A DNA stretch of 63,455 bases, filler included, from Intoshia linei (GCA_001642005.1; 10 parts of 10 records of this genome joined end to end with filler, not necessarily neighbours in it), one strand, 5' to 3'. Shown: positions 12,340 through 25,274, counted from the whole stretch's first letter. The notes: generated by a model not told the origin, from the letters alone. Translations and numbers: made by a program.

Positions 12340-13158
12340 CTATTCGCAAGCTAAAAAACTTTTCTTGTAATCACTGTCTGGTATTTTATCCATGACCTGA
12401 ATACATTTTAAATTATTGGAATAATTAAAAAATTAAGTATTACCGAAATTAGTGCATCAATATAATTTTGCATAGCTTTATCTTTAGAAATGTCTTTTAA
12501 TCCATCCCATGTATCCCATTTTGATTTTCCAACAAAATCCAACATGCCGGGTCGTTTTGTATTGCAGGGACCTTTCATTTAATTTTAAAATGCTTTTTTA
12601 TTTTGATATTAAATCAGCTACTTATATTTATTTATTCCATATTAACCCTTTCGTTTTTGAAAAAAATTAATACCCTAGTGTTGATATGTTTTAAAATATT
12701 CAATACCTTCAGTAGCTTGTTTATAATTTGAATAAAAAATTAATTTTTCAGAATTCGATGGTGCATATGAACCTAAATTTATAAAATATAGTTTATATGA
12801 TTTCTATCGATAAATGTTAATAATCAGAGCCGAACCTACCCAGCTCGAGGCTACGTCAAAATGAAAAATAGACCAAAAATTTTTTTACTAAACAATGCCT
12901 AATGTTATATATCCCTTATTCACTTATCCTAGAATCTTGATTTGATATTTTCAATTAAATACAAAAAATAGTCATGATATTCAAGAATATACATACCCGA
13001 GAGGGTCTCGGATACGGTAGGTTCGGCACTGTCAAATATCGCGAGACTGAATTATATTTTATTAGTTTCAAGAATAATACATTAAATTTTCAATTACTAT
13101 CTTTAGGCAAATTATTTATGACCAATACGGCTTTATCAAATTTTTGTACCAAAGTCAT
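12340..13158 (-). CDS. Acyl-CoA-binding protein, 103 aa, with an ACBD4/5-like ACB domain (4 exons)
   Basis: Exons 13158-13098, 12772-12707, 12571-12444 and 12396-12340 give [64 protein letters not shown]...LACE*. YKQAT and KWDxW are ACBP signatures. Confidence 0.93.
12825..13031. mobile_element. hAT-type MITE family B (CAG(A/T)GCCGAACCTACC TIR) in ACBP intron 1
   Basis: CAGAGCCGAACCTACC ... GGTAGGTTCGGCACTG ends. Sister copies at 32358-32582 and 49265-49531. Confidence 0.8.
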
Positions 13159-13548
13159 TGTGATTGAAGTATGTGAAATGAGTTTTATTCAAATTGATTT
13201 CGGTAAATATTTGATTTTATCATTGTTGACTACAATGCATAGTAATCGTTGATGTATGATACAAAATTATGTGTACTGTGTATAGTAAATACTGCACAGC
13301 TGCAAAAAACTATGAGATTATTGAATGGTATTTTAACCTTCAAAAATAAAAAAATATAAGACTACCTCATTATTTTTCAATCTTAGCTTACATTATAGGA
13401 TTGGCAAACAATAAAACCACGTTTGACAACTATTACACTGTCCAACATTGCAAAAAGAAACTTAATGTAACATTAAAATTATCAGCTAATTTTTGTGATT
13501 CTAACGATATAGATATTTTTATAATTAACAGTGCACGACACCTTAGAC

Positions 13549-13743
13549 CAGTGGTTTTCAACCTTTTTGTGTTCGCAACCCCCTTATAAACATAAAAAAT
13601 TTTCTATATACTCCAAACATCTTATCAATTCACATAAATGAAAATATTAAAAAAGCATATTCAGTTTTATTTATATTTTATACTGTGTTCAAATTCTCAC
13701 GACCCCCTGATAAATTTCGCGACCCCCTGGTTGAAAACCACTG
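13549..13743. mobile_element. hAT/Charlie-like MITE, family C
   Basis: TIR CAGTGGTTTTCAACC / GGTTGAAAACCACTG. Perfect 8-bp TSD CCTTAGAC (13541-13548 and 13744-13751). Confidence 0.9.
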
Positions 13744-13765
13744 CCTTAGACTCTAAGGCTTAAAG

Positions 13766-13965
13766 CAGTGCTTTTCAACCAGGGGGTCGCGAAATTTATC
13801 AGGGGGTCGTGAGAATTTGAACACAGTATAAAACTGAATATGCTTCTTTAATATTTTAATTTATGTGAATTGATAAGATGTTTGGTGTGTGTAGAAAAAT
13901 TTTAGGTCGCAAAAATTTTTTATGATTATAGGGGGACGCGAACACAAAAAGGTTGAAAATCACTG
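13766..13965. mobile_element. Second family C MITE, inverted relative to 13549-13743
   Basis: Near reverse complement of the previous element, 22 bp away. No clean TSD. Confidence 0.85.
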
Positions 13966-14125
13966 CTCTAGTGTGTCACATTTTTTGGAAAATTTTAGAA
14001 TTCGATGGGGAATTAGCACTAAAAGTGTGTATTTTTAAAATAGAACAACTAATTCGCAATCAAAATTTTTTAATTTCAGGTAATGATAAAACTGGTGTAG
14101 ATTTTAATGCTAATTTTAAATTTTC

Positions 14126-14225
14126 NNNNNNNNNNNNNNNNNNNNNNNNNNNNNNNNNNNNNNNNNNNNTTAATTAATTAANNNNNNNNNNNNNNNNNNN
14201 NNNNNNNNNNNNNNNNNNNNNNNNN
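14126..14225. other. Artificial contig linker (44 N + TTAATTAATTAA + 44 N); also at 15729-15828, 23940-24039, 25449-25548, 45582-45681, 51755-51854, 54886-54985, 58794-58893 and 61927-62026
   Basis: Nine identical 100-nt spacers. TTAATTAATTAA places stops in all six frames, a known pseudomolecule linker design. Confidence 0.97.
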
Positions 14226-14787
14226 AATACAAAAAAAACTACACTCAATTGCCTCGAATCTGCATAACATTTTACATATTGTCATACAAAAATTATAAAA
14301 ATTAATTGATTAGAACAAACAGTTTAATTTTTTAGCTCGGCTTCTAGAGAGTTCATATTACTTTTTTTTATTAAAATGTTTTTAAAACGTTAATAACTGA
14401 ATTTCAACATGGGACACTCAGATTTTCATATTTATAATAAATTTATTGTTATTATAAATGTTAGTATTTTTAAATTTGACCAATATTACAAAAACTACTT
14501 TTTAAAAAAAAAACACTCTGTGAGGTTAAATATTAAAATTTTTATGTGCAAATTTGGCATATGTCTTAGTGGGCATACATTAATTATATCCATCTTTAAA
14601 AAAAAAGAAATGGCGCCAATTAAGAAAAAGGAGAAAAGCGCGCGAAAACCTTAAAATTCAAAAAGGGTACACATTTTTATAGTCATTTTTTCTAAAATTT
14701 TATTTTTATGGGTTTTAAAGTATCCTCTTCAAGGTAGGGGATGGATTTTTTTCGAATCGAAAATTTTGTAAAAAATGAACAGCCCTA
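14226..14787. repeat. ~560-bp repeat ending in a hAT-like TIR (AACAGCCCTA), near-identical to 25734-26296
   Basis: Direct high-identity duplicate. Both copies lie at or near contig starts. Confidence 0.85.
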
Positions 14788-14799
14788 ATATACATGTAT

Positions 14800-15080
14800 A
14801 TTAATTATTTAAAGGTATCTATGAAACCTTGGTCCATTGGTTGCAAAAGTGATATTTTATTTGGCGGCAGATATATGAATCTAATATTAGGATGGTTATG
14901 ATGTAATGATGATGGATGACCAGATGCATTATCTACAAGAAGTAGCACATGAAATAAAATATCTTTGTCGGTACAATATGTTTTAAATTCCGTTACAAAG
15001 TGATTCGAAAACCTGTGTTCAAATAACGAAGCAGTAACCCAAGATTTTTTATCAGCTTTCCATAAGATTAAAAATGAAGC
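14800..15080 (-). mobile_element. Tigger/pogo DDE-domain fragment
   Basis: The minus strand reads LWKADKKSWVTASLF...VLLLVDNASGHP...IYLPPNKISLLQPMDQG. Confidence 0.85.
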
Positions 15081-16937
15081 CTTTACAACCCTTATATGGT
15101 CAAAAAAGATATTCTGGTAATATAATTTAATGAAAAATAGATTGGATTTGTTGAAATACCCTAAAGAACGGCTTACATGTTGAAGAAATCTAGTAGTCGT
15201 CGATTATAACAAGTATTACCCCAGTGTGACTTTTCACCTTGTAAATTTTAAGTCCTTGATTAAATCTTAAAAAATCAATTTATAAGTATTATTTTGTATT
15301 TTACAGTGGGTCCAACATTACAAATAATTTCGTAAAATCATTGCACGACGATTTGAAAAGGTTCATAGCAATATATGAGAACTATACAAATTCTACCCTA
15401 CCAATATATAACAATCTACCAAATAAAGAAGAACAGAGATTAGATAATTTGCTTTTATTAATATGTATCAAAGTGGTACGTTATTTACATTCGACAAATC
15501 TTTTCTTTGGTATAACTTCAAAATTTTTTTGTAGCATATTTTAAAGAGGTTTTTAGGGAAATTTTTTGTACCAAGTTTTCAATTATAGTGATCAATTTAT
15601 ATTTTTATCTAATTACATTAATACTATTTATGGTTAGTTAAATTTATGAATTCTTAATTATAAATTTAATTTTAATTTAATTTTTCTCAATATATAAAAA
15701 ACAATTTAATTTAAGAATTAAAGTATAANNNNNNNNNNNNNNNNNNNNNNNNNNNNNNNNNNNNNNNNNNNNTTAATTAATTAANNNNNNNNNNNNNNNN
15801 NNNNNNNNNNNNNNNNNNNNNNNNNNNNCAACATTAAACCAAAAAAATAAATCTAATTTATCATTTTAATTTTTGCTATTTTAATATTTAGTGTAGAGAA
15901 TGGGCCATTATACAAAATACAAAGTATATACGACGCGCAAAAATGCATAAATAAAAGTATATTGTGTAATTTTAAGCTGCATTAAGCCCACATAATAGAA
16001 TATTAATAGAAATAATTACATATTCCTTTTTTGACGAAAAACTACTATAATCTGTGTTGGTATCTTCGATTTTTAAATGTGATAAATCTTCAATTTCACA
16101 ATTGCTCACTTCATCACAACTAAATAATTTACTTTATTAACTTGTAAATTAATAAATAATAAATTATACATCTATGAGTACAATCTAACTATAATAATAA
16201 ATAAAAGCTTCAATTTTAAAATAATAATAACCTTAAATTGAAAGGCAGCCAATCCTTCACGTACTTATCACTTTTGTTGTACATTATATGTGAAAAGAAA
16301 TAGTATATACATTTTTTAAAATATGATTTCCATTCTTTTTACATGTCAGTATGAAGAAACATTAGATAAAAAAACTCTATAATTCAAGCTATGAAATAAA
16401 TATTCATATTTACTACAAATGGATCCAATAACAATATTACATGTTTACTAATATATTGGTTTCTAAGAGTGTCTTTTTTAAAATTGAAAATTAAGAAATT
16501 ATAATTAATGGTACAATTCAAGGCATATAATTAATTTTATTAAATGTAATGTAGATAATTTTGCAGCTTAAACATATCCTAATAATTACAATAGAAAATG
16601 TAAAATTTGAATACAATACATGTATTCAAATCTCATTTATAAATTGTTATTTGAGTTGAGCTGGCATGTAAATAATTAATAAAGTTTTGCGAATTTACAT
16701 ATCCTGGAATTGAATTGATATTTTATATTTTGTCAATATTCAGCTACAATTTATCGCTACCATTTGCTGTGATCCAAACTTATTTACAATTGTACTATGG
16801 TAAATTACTAGAAAATTAATTTGAATTTTTCTAAGTTTGATGTAAATTCATGTATATTATATATTGGATATCTTATGAATGAGTAAAATTTTCAAAAATT
16901 TATCATTTTACACAGAACTACAAATATTTCCCTTTGA

Positions 16938-19900
16938 ATGCTCTCCAGTGATAACAAGGATATTATAATGTTTATTACTCGCTGTATAACGTCACTTATA
17001 GAAGATAAGGAAATTAAAAGAAACAGATACAAACACCTCAAATCTGTTGCCATTCAAACGATAGGTATCTTGTATTTATATAGATGTATCATTCTTTAGA
17101 AACTTTAGAACCATACAGGTATAATTCATCAATTTTACATTTCATTGATTTCTAAAGATATAAAAGTGATAATAATATCGTTTTACCTGCGCCAAATCGT
17201 TCTACCATTGTTCCTGTCAGTCTTTATATCAATGCCATTGGATTAGCTTGTGAAACCAAATGCACAAGTCTTGTAAATATAGCTCTAGATTGTTTGCAGG
17301 TTAACTTTTTTAATATTTTCAACAAGTTTTACTTTTATGTACATTGTACCACAGTTTGTATCAATCAACTATGGATGGGTGTTTAGATTTATATTTTAAA
17401 ATGCCTTTTTTATTCAAAAATTTAAATCCCTAATGATGTCATAATAAATATTACAGGTAAAACAAAAATTGGAATAATCATTGGATTGGCAGGGTCACGG
17501 GAGTAATGTATAGCATTAATATTGTATTTTTTATCGTCAAGTTTGATTCGTATCATATCCTTACTTATAAATGTGTCGTATTGATATAATCATGTTTTCA
17601 TTTGATATGGTTATGTTTGCATTATTAGGTATCAGGGATTGGAAATAATTGATTTCAATAATAATAGTAATAAATAATATTTTGCAAATAAAATAGTTTG
17701 ATATCCTTATATAATATGCTACACAATATTTGTTTGTGTGTGTGTGTTCCACTTTATTTCAATAAGTACCAGTCTTAGAATTTTATAAAGTCCACATTTC
17801 AATTACAGTTTTTTCCGGGTGATAATAAGATAAATTTCAATCTTCCAAACTCAACTTACGGGTTAAAACCCCAATTGTCTTTTTTTTTGAAAAATAAACG
17901 AGTTGGAGAATAAAAAAAAAAATATACGCTGATAAGGATTTTAATGGTTATAAAATGGATAAGGATGATTATAAATATAAAGGTAATAACGTTTTATTTA
18001 ATGCAAAAAAATTTTCTTAAAAATTATAATTTTGTAAACTATACTGTATAATGGAATTTTATTTTTTCATAAAGCAATCTTATTCAATACCAATAATGAA
18101 AATATTTGGTAAAAGTGGATTTTTACTTGAGGGTTGTTAAAACTGGTTTTATCATTTTAGGGTTAGTAAAACTAAATTTTTCTTTTTAGGGTTGGTAAAA
18201 CTAGATTTTTCCCTTAACGGTTAGTAAATTTTGATTTTTAGTAAAAAGGGTTCCATTTTTGAATTCATATATAAACCATTTGAATTTTTTGATTGATTCA
18301 TAAAAACTGCACCAGATGTACTAGGTTTCACAAAGAAAATTTGTTAAAGTTAATTTTTGTTGATTAGTGTAATATATTAAAAGTTTTATCTATTATCATA
18401 CATCATTAAAATCGATGACCACTACATTAAATGACCATTAAAATTGGTTTTTTTTGAGATAACCTAATAAAATTTAAAAATATTGAAGGTTCTATTCATT
18501 AGCTATTTTTTACACTTAACTGGTTGGTTGGTTCAGATCAGCCGCCATAGAGAAATTTTCATTTTGAAATATGAAAGTTAAGAAATAAATGAAAAAAGTT
18601 AAAATAATGACAGATAAACATTTAAATGACTAACAAACTACCTGCTCTTTGAACTGAGATTATTATAATTATATATATTTAAAAATTTTACGTTTTTCAA
18701 TATTGCACCGTCTAGTATAATTTTAAATAATTCCGATTCAATGCATGTAATTTTAAATATTAGAAACTTTCTGCTTACGGTCATTTGCATTTTGGCCATG
18801 AAAATTCAAATAAAACTAATATAAAATCAACTAATGCAATAATAGAAATGATTTGTGCATGCTTTGATGGCGAAACCACACATCCTTCAACCCAGCTTTT
18901 AATTTTAAAGGTAAATGTTAATGTGATATTTTTTTAATTTTGAATAATTTTTATGGAAAAATTAAAATTAGGTGATTTTAAATTTACTTTTATTGAAATT
19001 GAAATTTTGTTATAGGTTATGATCCATATTATTTTCAGTATAAAATTTTATAAACATTGTAGGCTTTGTTGACTTTTGCTACTGCACCTTGGTGTCAAAT
19101 TCATGATCAATGTTTGATGTTATTAATTAGGACCGGTTACAACATATACATCGTTTCTGATGATAATATCAACAAAATGACTTCGCGTGCCACCATTATG
19201 CAAATTATTAACAATGTTTTTAATTCGATGGAATTGGAATTTGCCAAAATTGAAAATACAAAGGATAAAAATACCGACCACGTCATTTTAGACCAAAAAG
19301 AATTTAATTTAAATAAAAAACAAGTATGTGAAATGGACGTATTACCGGAAATAATTTTACTGGTTGACGATATGATTAACCAAGTTGTTAAAATTTCTAC
19401 TGATGGCAAAGAAAATATGGCATCTACTAAATCTACCCTGAAACTTGTTGACGGAGAAAGCAATTCCAGTCAAATCGACGATGTCATGGAAGACTATCAT
19501 TCCATCTATCATCGAGATGCCGTTCTAGTGTTTAGAGCACTATGCCGAATGTCTTCTAAAAACATAGCAGATTCTAAAATTGACATAAAATCTAAATCAT
19601 TGGCTTTAAATCTTATTAAAATGATTTTACACAATTCGGGGAAATTGTTTTCAATTTCTCATGTTTTAATTAATGATATTAGGCAATATTTGTGTATTTC
19701 AATTTCCCAGAACGCCCTTTCTTCAGATCGAGATATTTTTGAATTGTGTCTAAGTATATTTGTAATACTGGTTATTAATTTTATGAAACACTTGAAATTG
19801 CAAATTGAAGTTTTTATGGAAGAGGTTTTATTCAATTTATTGTTGGAAAATTTTTCAGTTTACCACAAAACCATTACCCTACAAAGTTTAAAAATTATAT

Positions 19901-22900
19901 GTAGCAACCCTCAATCATTGGTGGATTTATATGTTAATTATGATTGTGATTTATCAAGGTCCAATTTATTCACTAAAACAGTTTCAGTCTTGTCCAAACT
20001 AATAAATTACGAATCTAACAAGATGAAAAATCCCACCAAAGCAATTAGTATGATTGAACAAGAAGTTAGGGTGTTGGCACTTGAATCTCTTGTAAATATT
20101 TTGCATTGTATGGTTAAATGGTCGAGCGACTTGTATGTGTCTTCAGTAATTAGAGATAAACTACCATCTATGAGTAGCAATGATAAAATTAATAAAACTT
20201 TTCAAAATACTTCGATAGATGAAATGTCGCCATCAATTGAATCGTCTACGTTGAATGATTCCATGTCAATTAATGAAGAGGTGGCTTATATTAATTCTAT
20301 AAAGGAAAAGAAGGAAATTGTGGAAAAAGCTGCTCTAATTTTTAAAAAGAAACCTCTCTCTGGTTTGAGGTTTCTTTCGACTCATAAGATTATTGAATAC
20401 GATGCGGAGCAAATTGCAAAGTTTTTATTGGATGATTATTTTAAATGTGATCCAAATCCTTTAGGAAAGTTACTCTTGGGATCTGATCCTCTGTGTATCC
20501 AGATTATGTATCATTATATTGAAAAATTGGATTTTAAAGACGTTGAATTCGTACTAGCTTTACGAATGCTGCTTTCACGTTTTGTTTTGAAGGGCGAATC
20601 TCAACAAATTGATAGAATGATGCAAAAATTTGCAGAAAAGTATTTTAGCGACAATAATAATCATAAACTTTTTGAAAATAGTGATACTGCATATGTTTTG
20701 GCAGTGTCTGTTATCATGTTGACTACTGATCTTCATAACCCTCAAATAAAAACGAAAATGACAAAAAAGCAATATATTAAAATGAATAGAGGAATCAATG
20801 ATTCTCAAGATTTACCTCCAGAATATTTATCAAAAATTTATAATGAAATTAAAAATGAACCTTTTTATATGCCACCTTCAACAGAAACCAAAATTCGAGA
20901 TTCTAAAAGGATATCAATGAATATGATGTCGGAATCTGCAAAATTGTTAATGAAATCTTCCCTCCTGTTATATAGCAAATTTACAACTGCCACACACCAC
21001 GAACATGTGAAACCAATGTTTGCTTTGACATGGAGTTATTTTTTAGGCTCATTTTCTCTTTGCTTGAATGAAAGTGAAAATGAACAAATTGTTATGATTT
21101 GTTTATCTGGTTTAAAATTCGCAATTAGAATAACTTGTATTTTTCAAATGAAACTAGAAAAGGATGCATTTATTCAATCATTTCCCAACTTTACTACCCT
21201 CAATTTAAATATGCCTACCCAGGTTATGAAGAAAAAGCATTTACTTGCCATTCGAACCATTATTGAAGTTGCGCAAAAGTTTGGCAACTATTTGGGTAGT
21301 AGTTGGTTTGAAATATTGAAATGTATTTCTCATCTAGAAATGGCTCAACTTATTGGGTCAGGAATGGTTAATAATGATTTGCTAAAATTACCAGTAGAAA
21401 AATATAAAGAAATTCACATTATAAAAGGTTCTTTGGAAGAAGTTGGATCTCAAAGCATGCTTGTTGCAGTGGATAGAATTTTTACTCAGTCTGTTTATCT
21501 TGATGCAAATGCTATTGTACACTTTGTTGAAGCTCTTTGTAAGGTTTCTCAGGAAGAACTAATGAGCCGCCAAAAACGTCGTTTCAGTTTGCAAAAAATT
21601 GTTGAAATTTCGTATTACAATATGGATCGAATTCGTTTAGTTTGGTCCAGAATTTGGTTAATATTACGGCAACATTTTGAGCAAACTGGGTGTCTTGAAT
21701 CTGAAGAAGTTTCTATATTTTGTGTAGATTCTTTGAGACAATTGTCTTTGGCATTTTTGGATAAGGTGGAGCTCTCAAATTTTTCATTTCAAAAGGAATT
21801 TTTAAAACCATTTCAATACATATTCAACCGTAATCAAAATAAAAGCATTCAAAACATGATAATTGATTGTGTCATTCAAATGGTCAACAAAAAAATGTCA
21901 AAAATTTTATCCGGTTGGGATATTATATTTTGCATTTTGAACATTAGTAAATTTAAAAATATCGACCAAGCAAAAATTTTTATTATTTTTGATTGTGTAA
22001 AATTGGTCATTGAAACAATGACAAAAAAAAACCATACGCTAACCGTTTACGCATTTTTGCCATGTATTAAGTGTTTGGGTTGTTTTCTTAGTAATTACAT
22101 TTCATCAGAAATTGCCATGGAATCTATACGACTATTGAGACTTTTAGCCACCCATATTGACAATCATAAACAAGATTATTTTCTAAAACCTCAACTGGTC
22201 AATCAAATGTTGAGAAGCACCGATAGTTTAAATAAGGACAGAACAGAATCTGACGGTCAGAATAAAAACTATGTTACTAATTTTCAGTGGAATTATGGCT
22301 GGAAGCCAATTATTTTTAAACTTTTTGAAGTTATTCATATTTCTTCTCTAGACATTAGAACGAGGGCTCTAACTGTACAATTTGATATTGTCAAGAGCTA
22401 TGGGTCGCTATTTGAAAATGATTGGTGGACTGAGTGGTATGAACAGATTAAGCTAATTTTTGCCAACCCTAACGGCTATGAATATGTTGAGTGGTCTCAG
22501 ACAACAAGTAACCATACAATGTACGGTGTAATTGATGTGTTTACAGAAAATGTCAATAAATTAAAAGGCCTCATTCTAAATGAAATTTTTAAACAACTTC
22601 AAATTTTTTGTGATCAACAAAATATGGATTTGGTAATGTCAGGAATAAAATGTTTTGAGAATGTTGTCGCTTTAAACGGTCACAGTTTTGATTCAAATGA
22701 TTGGGAACTGGTTTGTAATTTTTTTGTGGGGTTTCTTCAACAAACTATGCCACATTCAATGTTAACTTGGAAGCCTGTTGTTTATTTGAATACTGAAAAA
22801 AAAATTAAACAAAAAAACGAATATAAATCAAAATTTTTTACTAATATGCGTCGAAATGTTTATTTGCAAATTGAAATTATAAAAACTATACAAAATGTTT

Positions 22901-23535
22901 TATTCGCGCCCGGAATGTCAAAAAAATATGACGATACACTCATGATGTTTATTAGTGGAGATCAAGGGTTTGATACAGATGAAGATTTGTTCAATAAGAG
23001 TAGTACTGATTCAAAAGTACACAATAATGTAGAGAGAAATGCAAACACGCGTTTATCTTTGGATGGTATGATTGAATTTTTTACAAAAAACCAATTTAAA
23101 CAAATTATTGATGTACTCCTTGAATCTTATATGATTGCTAAAGCGTTTAATGAAAATAATGAACAGCGCAATTTGTTGTGGCGAGCTGAATACGACAAAC
23201 AGAATAAACCCAATTTAATTGAATTGGAAGTTTATAGCTTTAAATGCGCCATCAAGTTACTTCTTCATATTTATTTTGATTCACTGGAATTAAATTCCGA
23301 TTTAATTGGCAGACAGTATAATATTTTAAACAATGAATTGATTAATGTCTATAATTCTGGAAAACTTATTGATCAAGAGACACCTCATACAATCTCTGAT
23401 GTTAGCAATACATTTAAGGAACACATTATTTTATCAAAATTTTTAAATAGGTTTGTTTTTTCGTTGTTTATATACTCCCTTGCAGCAATTTTGCAATTAT
23501 TAGAAACTAGTCTCAGTGATACTCTAAGTGTCTGA
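16938..23535 (+). CDS. ARFGEF1/2: Brefeldin A-inhibited Arf GEF, BIG1/BIG2 (Sec7) family; C-terminus uncertain
   Basis: Exons 16938-17064, 17100-17118 (19 nt), 17158-17299, 18764-18910 and 19063-~23450/23535. DCB (MFITRCITSLIEDKEIK, ALDCLQ|KLSAYGHL), HUS box LYVNYDCD, Sec7 FVLKGESQQIDRMMQKFA and IMLTTDLH, HDS FSLQKIVEISYYNMDRIR. Confidence 0.95.
17704..17950 (+). repeat. Repeat with a Helitron-like 5' end and TG microsatellite; relative at ~61430-61640
   Basis: The two loci share ATCCTTA..TATAATATGC..TGTTTGT(G/C)TG and TTACAGTTTTTT..ATAATAAGATAAATTT blocks. The Helitron assignment is inference. Confidence 0.45.
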
Positions 23536-24039
23536 ATTTTTTATGTATGAATCAGCGAAACAAGATCTATCGTAGGCTAAAAAAATAAAAAAATGGGCCG
23601 AATTAATTCGTAGAAATTTACCTTTTTCATTTATACGTAGATATGAAAGTTTCAACAGTTTTGCAAAAAATAAATTTAATTATTTATTGATATATTAAAT
23701 ATATATTATATTCTATACATCTATCAAATTTCAATTATTCATCCTAACCTCGTACATTTTTGAATTTTATCACTTATGTAGCCTTATAATCATGTCTTTT
23801 TCCTTTAAAATTATTTCCTGGACAATATGAGATATTTTCTGCCATACATACATTTTCGAATTAAATTTTGAACTATCATATAGCTGATTCTTCATAATTG
23901 ACCATAGATTTTCTATTGGGGATATATCAGGAGAATAAGNNNNNNNNNNNNNNNNNNNNNNNNNNNNNNNNNNNNNNNNNNNNTTAATTAATTAANNNNN
24001 NNNNNNNNNNNNNNNNNNNNNNNNNNNNNNNNNNNNNNN

Positions 24040-24715
24040 TGGTTTTGATTCAGAATCGGTATATCATGTTGACGTTGTGGTCGAGGAACTTGCATGAAGA
24101 AATCAGTAAGCTTTACAGTCTTGGACATTAAATTCAAAGTCTTTTCTTGTTTCTCTTTTGATAGTTTTCGCTTTTGCGCACCACTTAATTGAATACGTTT
24201 CATCTTAATCTGGGTCTGAAAAATAAAGATAATTTTATTAGATATTATTGTATATAATGTGGCAATCAACACAGTTACAATATCATATTTTTGGCATACA
24301 CAACCAAAATGAATTTAAATATAAATGGCAATTAAATTTAACTCAACGGAAATATCAACTCAAAATGTTGAATACAAATTAAATCGAAAGAAAGAACTGA
24401 AAGAAGCATATATATATATAATAGCTTAAAATATATATAAAAAACGGGAGCTTAAAACTTACGTAGAACATAGTTATTTTACGTCAAGGGGGGTGTACAA
24501 TCTCTAAAGCTGGATTCACACATTCGTCGACGAAAATAGTTGATAAGCAAACAGATTTGTAAAAATTATGAATTTGCACATTATTTTGCGCTGAAAAAAA
24601 AATTATTGTATAATAAATCCAATGTAAATGTTATTTATTAAATATTATTTTTTTAAATTTTAAATTGTCTGGGGTGTTCGGCGAACACCTTGCACACTAT
24701 GACGCTACGCCACTG
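24040..24715 (-). mobile_element. Left end of a hAT element (ZMYM1-like transposase N-terminus), cut by a linker
   Basis: TIR CAGTGGCGTAGCGTC on the minus strand (24715-24701). The ORF MKRIQLSGAQKRKLSKEKQ...KLTDFF is typical of hAT transposase N-termini. Confidence 0.7.
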
Positions 24716-25274
24716 CTAACAATTGTGTAAAGAATTTTAAAAACCTTTTTGTGATCCTATTTTTTTAATTTATTAGAGAGAATGAGTGTATAATCTTAAA
24801 AATAAAGTCAATATAGTACAATCCTAAAAATTGTCATAAATAGCTATAGCTTAAATTCCAGAAAAATAAAATAAGAGATTTTGAACTTTTTGAAAATAAA
24901 AAATTCTGTAGCATTAAAAAAACCGAATGAATTCATTTATGAGATTTCCACCCATATCTCTTTATTGAAAATGTGTAGACGTTCAATGCACATTTTTTTG
25001 AAATGGTTAAATGAATAATATTCACAATATTGAATTGAAATTTGAATATACACATTTTAATTTTTAATTTTACGTGTTAATCGAAACGTGTTAAATTCCG
25101 AAACTTTTTTCACGATGGACCGGTAATAAATTATAAAATTTATCGCGGAACATTAAAGCGAAATTATTGACAACATTAAAAAAAATTCACAATTAATTAG
25201 CGGACCAGAATTTGGGAAATGCTGTGTTACGCCAATTATTTGAAAAATATTGATATACATATTATACTATATAG

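Noticed and set aside
14170-14181. Recurrent TTAATTAATTAA between N runs as a CRISPR-like or biological repeat
   Set aside because: It is an identical synthetic linker in nine 100-nt gaps. ORFs that run into the X residues are artefacts.
15307-15544. Possible orphan exon (SLHDDLKRFIAIYENY...)
   Set aside because: No recognisable homology and no consistent upstream frame on a short transposon-rich contig.
16905-16940. General spliced-leader trans-splicing inferred from AG acceptors ~10-22 nt upstream of ATGs (BIG, FoxP, PRPF6, phosphatase)
   Set aside because: Such sites are absent before ERAL1, ACBP and SUMO. Ordinary 5'-UTR introns or chance in AT-rich DNA explain them equally well.
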